Below, piece after piece: positions 57,023 through 64,000 of a DNA stretch of 64,000 bases. The position numbers and the translations under genes were made by a program. The notes under the pieces were generated by a model that saw nothing but the letters and a program-made list of their open reading frames with translations, was not told the DNA's origin and ran no database searches. Every line of letters begins with the position of its first letter. Positions within the stretch are counted from its first letter, which is position 1. This DNA comes from Syntrophales bacterium (GTDB lineage Bacteria; Desulfobacterota; Syntrophia; Syntrophales; UBA2210), in NCBI GenBank assembly GCA_963662405.2, contig CAXXKT010000003.1, forward strand, positions 64,001 through 128,000. The letters are read 5' to 3'.

Positions 57023-58701
57023 CGTGTCAGGTGCCGGTATTTGATCCGGTGGGGCTGATCGGCGTCTTTGCCGAGCCGCTTCTTCCGATCGGCCTCGTAG
57101 TCGGAATAGTTCCCCTCGAACCAGACGACGGAGCCGTCCCCCTCGAAGGCGAGGATGTGCGTGGCGATCCGGTCGAGGAACCAGCGGTCGTGGCTGATGA
57201 CGACGGCGCACCCCCCGAACTCCTCCAGCGCCTCCTCGAGGGCCCGCATCGTGTTCACATCCAGGTCGTTGGTCGGTTCGTCCAGGAGGAGGACATTGGC
57301 CCCCTCTTTCAGCATGCAGGCGAGGTGGACGCGGTTGCGCTCCCCCCCGGAGAGCATGCCCACCTTCTTCTGCTGATCCTGCCCGGCGAAGTTGAACCGC
57401 CCCACGTAGGCCCGCGAGTTCATCTCACGCTGCCCCAGCCTGATCAGATCGTTCCCCCCGGTGATCACCTCCCAGACGGACTTGTTCGGATCGAGCGTGT
57501 CCCGTTCCTGATCCACGTACGCGAGCGCCACCGTCTCGCCCACCCGGATCGTCCCCGCGTCGGGGGTTTCCTTCCCGGTGATCATCTTGAAGAGGGTCGT
57601 CTTCCCCGCGCCGTTCGGCCCGATGATCCCGACGATCCCCCCCGGCGGCAGGGCGAAGGTCATCCCCTCGAAGATGAGCCGGTCGCCGAAGGCCTTGCTC
57701 ACCCCCTCCGCCTCGATCACGGTCTTGCCGAGACGGGGCCCCGGCGGGATGTAGATCTCCAGGTCCTGCGCCTGCTTCTCGTAGCTCTGGTTCATGAGGG
57801 ATTCGTAGGCGTTGATACGGGCCTTCCCCTTCGCCTGGCGCCCCTTCGGCGACATGCTGATCCATTCCAGCTCCCGCTGCAGGGTCTTCTGCCGTTCCGT
57901 CTCCCTCTTCTCCTCCTGCTGGAGCCGCTGCTGTTTCTGCGCGAGCCAGGACGAGTAGTTCCCCTTCCAGGGGATCCCCGCTCCCCGGTCTAGCTCCAGG
58001 ATCCAGCCGGCCACATTATCCAGGAAATACCGGTCGTGGGTGACGGCGATCACCGTCCCCTCGTACTGCTGAAGGTGGCGTTCGAGCCAGGCCACCGTCT
58101 CGGCATCCAGGTGATTCGTCGGTTCGTCGAGGAGCAGGATGTCCGGCTTCTGCAGCAGGAGACGGCACAGGGCGACGCGCCGCTTCTCGCCGCCGGAGAT
58201 CACCCTGATCGGCGTATCCCCCGGAGGACAGCGCAGGGCGTCCATCGCCATCTCCAGGCGGGAATCGATATCCCACAGATCGAGATTGTCGATCTTCTCC
58301 TGCAGCTCGCCCTGCCGCTCTATGAGGGCGTTCATCTCGTCGTCGGACAGGGGCTCGGCGAACCGTTCGCTGATCTCGTTATACTCCTTCACCAGTGCCA
58401 CCGAATCCCGCATCCCCTCCTCGACCACCTCCTGCACGGTCTTGTCGGGATCGAGGAGCGGTTCCTGTTCCAGAAAGCCCAGCGTGTACCCCTGCGAGAG
58501 GACGGCATTTCCGTTGTATTCGTCGTCGACGCCGGCCATGACGCGCAGGAGCGAGCTTTTGCCGGACCCGTTGAGCCCCAGGACGCCGATCTTGGCGCCG
58601 TAGAAATAGGAGAGGGATATATCCTTCAAGACCTGCTTGTTCCCGTGGAACTTGCTGACCCTCATCATGGTATAGATAATCTTTTTCGCGTCATCGCTCA
58701 T
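57019..58701 (-). CDS. ettA: Energy-dependent translational throttle protein EttA (ABC-F)
   Basis: ISLSYFYGAKIGVLGLNGSGKS, two ABC domains, C-terminal PHRIKYR. Confidence 0.97.
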   Translation of the reverse strand: MSDDAKKIIYTMMRVSKFHGNKQVLKDISLSYFYGAKIGVLGLNGSGKSSLLRVMAGVDDEYNGNAVLSQGYTLGFLEQEPLLDPDKTVQEVVEEGMRDSVALVKEYNEISERFAEPLSDDEMNALIERQGELQEKIDNLDLWDIDSRLEMAMDALRCPPGDTPIRVISGGEKRRVALCRLLLQKPDILLLDEPTNHLDAETVAWLERHLQQYEGTVIAVTHDRYFLDNVAGWILELDRGAGIPWKGNYSSWLAQKQQRLQQEEKRETERQKTLQRELEWISMSPKGRQAKGKARINAYESLMNQSYEKQAQDLEIYIPPGPRLGKTVIEAEGVSKAFGDRLIFEGMTFALPPGGIVGIIGPNGAGKTTLFKMITGKETPDAGTIRVGETVALAYVDQERDTLDPNKSVWEVITGGNDLIRLGQREMNSRAYVGRFNFAGQDQQKKVGMLSGGERNRVHLACMLKEGANVLLLDEPTNDLDVNTMRALEEALEEFGGCAVVISHDRWFLDRIATHILAFEGDGSVVWFEGNYSDYEADRKKRLGKDADQPHRIKYRHLTR

Positions 58702-58822
58702 GGCATATCCCTCTTATGTTTTGAAATTTTCCGGCATTTCCTTCTGCCGACGGCTTCTCTATCAGTTTGTCCCGGACTGCACAACAGGAAAACATGAACT
58801 CTACAGGCACCGACCAACCGCC

Positions 58823-59056
58823 TCATTCGATCTCGATCACGGCGCCGCAATCCTCGCACCGGTACCGGACCTTTCCCCGGTCCGGCGCTTCGACCTCGTC
58901 GAAGTCATAGTGCCTTACGCCCCGTACCTCATAACACTCCGGGCAATACCCGTCGCCCAACTCATCGGCGTCGATGGTCAGATGACAGTGACGGCACCGC
59001 AGGACGGTATTCTTCCCCTGCAGCAAAATCAGGTTCGGGTGCCTGCATGCATCCAT
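58823..59056 (-). CDS. Small zinc-ribbon protein
   Basis: 77 aa with CRHC, CPEC and CEDC motifs. Confidence 0.7.
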   Translation of the reverse strand: MDACRHPNLILLQGKNTVLRCRHCHLTIDADELGDGYCPECYEVRGVRHYDFDEVEAPDRGKVRYRCEDCGAVIEIE

Positions 59057-59072
59057 ACGATATTTCTTTCCC

Positions 59073-59306
59073 TCAGTTCTCCGACGAACCGGACGCGGGA
59101 CCGACCGCCCTGACCCGGCGGCCACCGCAGGCGACCGTCTGCCCGTCCCGTATCTTGGAGCGCTTCCGGTATTCCACGGTCCCGTCAACGCTGACCAGCC
59201 CCTCTTCGATCGCCAACTTCGCCCTGCCGCCTGTATCACAGAGACCGGATGCCTTCAACAACCGGTTCAGCTCGATATGATCACCTGAGAATGTAAATGT
59301 TTCCAT
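59073..59306 (-). CDS. S4-domain RNA-binding protein (YbcJ/YaaA-like)
   Basis: IELNRLLKASGLCDTGGRAKLAIEEGLVSVDGTVEYRKRSKI. Confidence 0.9.
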   Translation of the reverse strand: METFTFSGDHIELNRLLKASGLCDTGGRAKLAIEEGLVSVDGTVEYRKRSKIRDGQTVACGGRRVRAVGPASGSSEN

Positions 59307-59694
59307 TACTTTTTGCCGCTCCTCAGGGCGGTATATACCATATCGGGACGATCTATGAGAAGGGTGGAGACATGGAAAACAGTCAGATCTTGAAACTCGG
59401 CCGCTTCAGGTTGGATGGGTTACAAAAACAAAGGTTGATATGAAATGCTTGTTATTGTTGTTGTCTGGTGAGTGAACAAATTCGGTCATGCTAACTGAAA
59501 TATATCTTACCTTTGCTGCGAATAGAGGAGAAAGCAACAGTCAATGAACTGGAGTTGTGCTTGACCTTTCAGTTTTAAAAAAATTTCTTGACAATACAGC
59601 ACCATGAAGTTAGGGAATTTCTGTTTTGATCTTTATCTGTTTTATTTGCTTGTGGACAGCTATAACCATGGGGGAGGATTATGGTCTGATCATC

Positions 59695-59732
59695 AAAGCC
59701 CTGTTTCTTTGAAAAGAGATGGGGCTTTTTTT
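59695..59732 (+). terminator. Rho-independent terminator
   Basis: AAAGCCC...GGGCTTTTTTT hairpin followed by a U-tract. Confidence 0.7.
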
Positions 59733-59988
59733 GTGCACGGTTTAGCAAGGGAGATGCGATATAAATTATTTGCCAAATGATTTCAAGTGAATAATTTTTA
59801 ACAATTTAATCGGAATCTACACTCGTTAAGAAGCAAATAAAAGGTTGATTGTGGAATACCATGAATCTTTATCCGCCTTCCCTTTGCAAACGATCAAAAA
59901 GATTAAATCCCGTTAATGGGTAAAAGATATCTATAGCTAGTTTCACAGTTTTGTTTTCTTATACAAAAATTGATCTGAGGTTTTGTAA

Positions 59989-61325
59989 GTGGTAAAATCT
60001 GAATATAAACAATATGATTCAGAATTGGCAGATAAAATAGGAGACCGATCACTTATATGGATCGGGGCACGTGGGTGCGACATCTTGCCACTTTTGCACA
60101 TGCCACAATTGAAAACTGTTTTTTCAATTATTTCTCCAATGCGAGCATTTGGTGTGCAGGATTTGTGCTACGAATCACTTACCCAAAAACGTGTTGATCT
60201 TGATTCATATTCTATAGATTATGACAATTCAAATGAAGCGGGAGAAATTCGCAAACAGCTTTTTGATGCGCTTAATCACAATTGCGTTGCAGTTCCCTAT
60301 CGCCCACTTCGTTTTTTTGCTTCAATATACTATCCCCGGACAAAATTTGTTGAATATCTCGGATTATTTCATCAAATGCAAACAGCATTTGAGCACAAAA
60401 TATGGGTTGAAACAGAATTAAATAATATGGGATTAATGTTATCCCTTGGTTATATAAAACAAATATGGATAACCCACGTGCTTTGATTGGTGAATACCTT
60501 AATAGCGGATCACTGGTTGTTCGCCTAAACCGGTCAACCGGTGGAAATGGGTTGTTTCTCATTAATGATTTAAATGAGTTCGATTCACTTTGGAATAAAC
60601 TTGTCATGCATGAGGAAGGTTACTTTTCTGTTGCCCCATATTATTATCCCAGCACGCCAATAAATTTAAACTGTACTGTATTTCATGATGGGAACGTTGC
60701 TTTACACGGGGCGTCTGTTCAGATTATTGGGGACCCATTACTAACGAATTTGAAATTTGGTTTTTGTGGAAATGACTACGGAAAAATTAAAGACATTGAA
60801 CCTAATATGCTGGACCGTATAGAGCAGATGGCTCGCAAAACTGGTCTTTGGCTTGCATCGGTTGGATATCGAGGGAGTTTTGGTATCGATGCACTGTTGG
60901 TGGGGAGTGAAGTATATCTAACAGAAATTAATCCTCGTTTTCAGGGTTCTTCATCTTTAGCTGCACAGTTTGACAGAGATGCTGGTCGCCCTGACGTCTT
61001 CCAAACTCATATGGGTTCATTCTTTGGATTGAAAGTGCCTAAACAATATTCTCTACGAGAGATTGTTGTTGCTCAGCCAAACATTTCACAAATAATATCG
61101 CACAATATATCTAATGGGATCGAACATGTTGAAAATGATATTGGATTTTGTGATTCCGTTAATTGTAAATTAAGCACCCTGCCGGATAAAAATATTGACA
61201 TACAGCCAAATGGAGTCCGTTTTAAGATGACTATTAATGAAAGTGTTGCCGATGAAAACGGCAGATTGTTGGAAAGAGTAATCCCATATCTCACGTTTGT
61301 AATGAAAAATATCATTGTCTCATAA
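59989..61325 (+). pseudogene. ATP-grasp-fold protein split by a single frameshift near 60430 (ORFs 59989-60486 and 60465-61325)
   Basis: The C-terminal part carries GYRGSFGIDAL...YLTEINPRFQGSS. Adding one base at ATGGG^ATT gives ...ELNNMG-INVIPWLYKTNMDNP, joining both ORFs. A sequencing error is possible. Confidence 0.7.
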
Positions 61326-63117
61326 TGACAGAGAGAGGTATGAAATGAACACATGTACACCAGATCAAATCATTAAAAGTCTAAAAAAGGGTGCATTCAC
61401 TCCTTTTATTGGTGCCGGTGCATCCGGACTCAGGGAAAATGCACAGCCGGATGAGTATCATTGCATGGGGCTTATGCGCTCCTATCGAAATTCTACTACA
61501 TATTTCAGATATGGCAAGTTACTATCTTCGGGTCTTGCACCTTCACAAATAGAATATCTTAAAATACTTATAAATGTTGACGCGGATAAATCTATGTCTT
61601 TATTTGAATTATGTAAAGGGATGGCAGATAAACTGTATGAAGGTCAATTGTTGAAATTTCAGAAAATGCTCCTTTCGGTAATTATTAATCTGACAAATAC
61701 AGCAGGAAAACGATTTGCAGATGGTTCGTTGATTTCAATTAGCGAAGATAATAATTATATAACAATGATGCCTGATGAACAAAAAGAACTTGTTGAACCA
61801 TTTGTTAAGCTAATAAAGATTACAGAAGAACTATCAAGTGTTGACGAGACAGTGTGCTGTGAAAACTGTAAAGAAGGTTCAAAGCAAAAAGAGTGTCTTT
61901 TTGTTTTAAGAGATCACTTCCGTCCGAAATACATTACGTATCGCTTAAAGTTGTTAGCAAATTTTCTGCTAACAGCGGGTCAAAGAAAAGAAATACAATC
62001 ATTTAAAATAAAAAGTGACCTTATCAAATCAATACTTGAAGATCGCCAAAAGCATAACGGTTGCTTTTTCTTGAGTGAACTTGAATGGCTCAAACAATTG
62101 CTATGGCATAGTATTCGTTTTGATGATCCGCAATTACCATCAACACGTGAATTAATGTTCCAAATGACAATTGAGACCATAGATGGATTGCCAATGATAG
62201 GTGAGTTGCCGCAGGTCGCGGAACGGACGGATGTAACGGGAGGACAAGGATCGGGATATAGCGAGGAATGTAGTATCAAAGTTATTCAACGATGTTTTGA
62301 TTATTGTAATAAAAAAACCAAATTAAACTCACCTAAATTTTATCAAATTATGGCAGCTCTGCTCAATGAACAATATAAAGCGGTAAGAGATAATAAATAT
62401 CCCGAAATCGTTTCTGGAATGCACTCACTGACGGTTAATGGAAGAAAACCAATCATTGCTTTTACGACAAACTATGATAATAACTTAGAAAATGCACTTT
62501 GCAACCTAGGCTGTAACTACCATGTTGTGTATCCGGTAAGGCGATTACAAAATGTTCAGGAAAATCTCAAAAAAGAAGAAACTGATATATCTTGGCATGT
62601 CGCCACTTTCCATATTGATAATAATGATGCTGTCTCACAAGGTGATCCAGAAATAATTGATCAAGAAGATCTTATAGGGGCATTTATTGATCGTGACCTG
62701 ATTGGCCCGATTATTGTCAAGCTTCATGGCGCGCCATTTATGCCATTAAGAGATAACCTCTTTAAGCATTTTGTTTTATTGTCAGAAAGTAATTATCTCA
62801 CTTCTCTTGTTTCAAACAATGCACTGGATGTTCCTCAAATATTTTTAAAAAAAGCGAGATTTTACAACCAAAACATCGAATGTAAACACCATTTGTGGTT
62901 TTTCGGATATTCTATATCAGATTGGAATATACGAATTGCCTTATATAAACAGTTGCGTGATCGTAAAAGAAACGAAGAACACAGGCGTGCAATAACACAC
63001 GGTTCAAATTATTATAAAATTGCATTGTTTAGCAAACTTGATATTGATTATGAAGAAAAAGAACTGTCTGAATCTATGGAAGATATAAGCGTAATGCTTG
63101 GGGAAGCATTTAAGTGA
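61315..63117 (+). CDS. SIR2-like (SIR2_2) domain protein
   Basis: PFIGAGAS, about 350-aa insert, then TTNYD, KLHG and FFGYSISDWNIR. Start is TTG 61315 or ATG 61345. Confidence 0.88.
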   Translation: MSHNDRERYEMNTCTPDQIIKSLKKGAFTPFIGAGASGLRENAQPDEYHCMGLMRSYRNSTTYFRYGKLLSSGLAPSQIEYLKILINVDADKSMSLFELCKGMADKLYEGQLLKFQKMLLSVIINLTNTAGKRFADGSLISISEDNNYITMMPDEQKELVEPFVKLIKITEELSSVDETVCCENCKEGSKQKECLFVLRDHFRPKYITYRLKLLANFLLTAGQRKEIQSFKIKSDLIKSILEDRQKHNGCFFLSELEWLKQLLWHSIRFDDPQLPSTRELMFQMTIETIDGLPMIGELPQVAERTDVTGGQGSGYSEECSIKVIQRCFDYCNKKTKLNSPKFYQIMAALLNEQYKAVRDNKYPEIVSGMHSLTVNGRKPIIAFTTNYDNNLENALCNLGCNYHVVYPVRRLQNVQENLKKEETDISWHVATFHIDNNDAVSQGDPEIIDQEDLIGAFIDRDLIGPIIVKLHGAPFMPLRDNLFKHFVLLSESNYLTSLVSNNALDVPQIFLKKARFYNQNIECKHHLWFFGYSISDWNIRIALYKQLRDRKRNEEHRRAITHGSNYYKIALFSKLDIDYEEKELSESMEDISVMLGEAFK

Positions 63118-63147
63118 TATACAAAAAAAATATATGTGGGGATAGTA

Positions 63148-64000
63148 ATGGAAAATGAAATCATAAACCCTTTTGTAGGTGCCATACCTTATGATGAGAG
63201 TCATAGCAAGTATTTCTATGGTAGAACTGCCGATATTAGGAGAGTTTATGGAGATGCAAGTATACAAAGGCTATCAATACTAGCCGGTGGCAGTGCTTGC
63301 GGTAAAACTTCTTTCCTTCAAGCGGGCTTGATTCCTGCAGTGAAACAATTGCGCTTACAAAGTGGGAAAAATGCGCAACCACCTGTAATACTTATACGTG
63401 ATTGGGCGAAGTGGCGTATTGGATTAAAACCGTTTTCATCCTTGGATGAATTTAAAAACCAATTTATGGGACTGTTAGAAATTGCTGTAACGGATATGGA
63501 TGAGATTTCGATTAGCGGCCAATCAGCGGAGGATTTGTACAATGAACTAAAAATAAAAGGTGTCATGCAAGTACTATTAGGGTTGAGTGAGGCTTTTAAT
63601 GGACTATATGTCATATTTGATCAGTTGGAAGAGCTTTTTGTTTCACATACATTTGCAACCGAGACAGTTTGTGATTTCTTGGCAGAACTTTACTATCTTG
63701 ATGATCGGATAAAAATTATTGTTTCATTACGACAGGAATATGTTCATGAATTGCGTACGCTTGAAAAAACTATTGGCTCTATCATGCAACGTACATGTTT
63801 TTTGCCACCACTAAAACGAGAGCAGAATTCAACGGCCTCAATAATGGTTGCCATTAAAGGTATCTTTAACTCTGTTAATATCAATATTGATGATTCGGTC
63901 ATATATGAAGTTGCAGACCGCTGTAGGCTATATACAAAGATAGAGGGTGACCGTAGATATGGTGGAGAAATCAATTTGCTTCAAATCCAGGCATTTTATT
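63148..64000 (+). CDS. nSTAND1-type NTPase (partial; runs off the window)
   Basis: Absent from the ORF track. Manual translation: MENEIINPFVGAIPYDESHSKYFYGR...GGSACGKTSFLQAGLIP...VIFDQLEELF...SLRQEY. Confidence 0.85.
   Translation, partial: MENEIINPFVGAIPYDESHSKYFYGRTADIRRVYGDASIQRLSILAGGSACGKTSFLQAGLIPAVKQLRLQSGKNAQPPVILIRDWAKWRIGLKPFSSLDEFKNQFMGLLEIAVTDMDEISISGQSAEDLYNELKIKGVMQVLLGLSEAFNGLYVIFDQLEELFVSHTFATETVCDFLAELYYLDDRIKIIVSLRQEYVHELRTLEKTIGSIMQRTCFLPPLKREQNSTASIMVAIKGIFNSVNINIDDSVIYEVADRCRLYTKIEGDRRYGGEINLLQIQAFY

Noticed and set aside
56992..58797. Plus-strand ORFs of 333 and 253 aa
   Set aside because: Antisense to ettA; one starts inside the repeat.

Overview
Bacterial genomic DNA. 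The gene content suggests an anaerobic Desulfobacterota/Syntrophales-type deltaproteobacterium; this is inferred from gene families, not from a marker gene. (1) 1-43300 is a block of about 40 genes, all on the minus strand. It opens with two MarR-associated exporter modules (MMPL/RND, LolA-like, porin; MFS). It continues into a large metal/iron-acquisition island headed by a DtxR/MntR regulator: feoA-feoA-split feoB, DUF4198 proteins, LbtU-like porin, DUF2325, FeoC-like protein, a six-gene TonB system, and a TonB receptor followed by DUF2162-MotA/ExbB-DUF2149-CobN (an hmuRSTUV-like tetrapyrrole/chelatase module). The island ends with PepSY-TM, NifB/X-like, an orphan solute-binding protein, a transglutaminase-like protein and three methyltransferases. 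Repeated TTAGA-N4-TCTAA-type palindromes are candidate DtxR operators. (2) 43700-59300 is mostly housekeeping: M23 peptidase, glnHPQ-type ABC transporter, MBL hydrolase, M43 protease with IPTL-CTERM, 4Fe-4S protein, cysK, ettA and an S4 protein. It also holds a c-di-GMP-I riboswitch ahead of an orphan fliD-like/flgC-like pair and REPIN-like inverted repeats bracketing cysK. A complete IS110 element sits in a Shine-Dalgarno sequence, and its non-coding end shows a readable bridge-RNA architecture with guides matching donor and target. (3) From about 59400 to the end is an AT-rich island with a frameshifted ATP-grasp gene, a SIR2-like gene and an nSTAND1-type NTPase cut by the window edge, a candidate defence/conflict system. 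No rRNA, tRNA or CRISPR array was seen. All family calls come from motif recognition by eye, with no database search.
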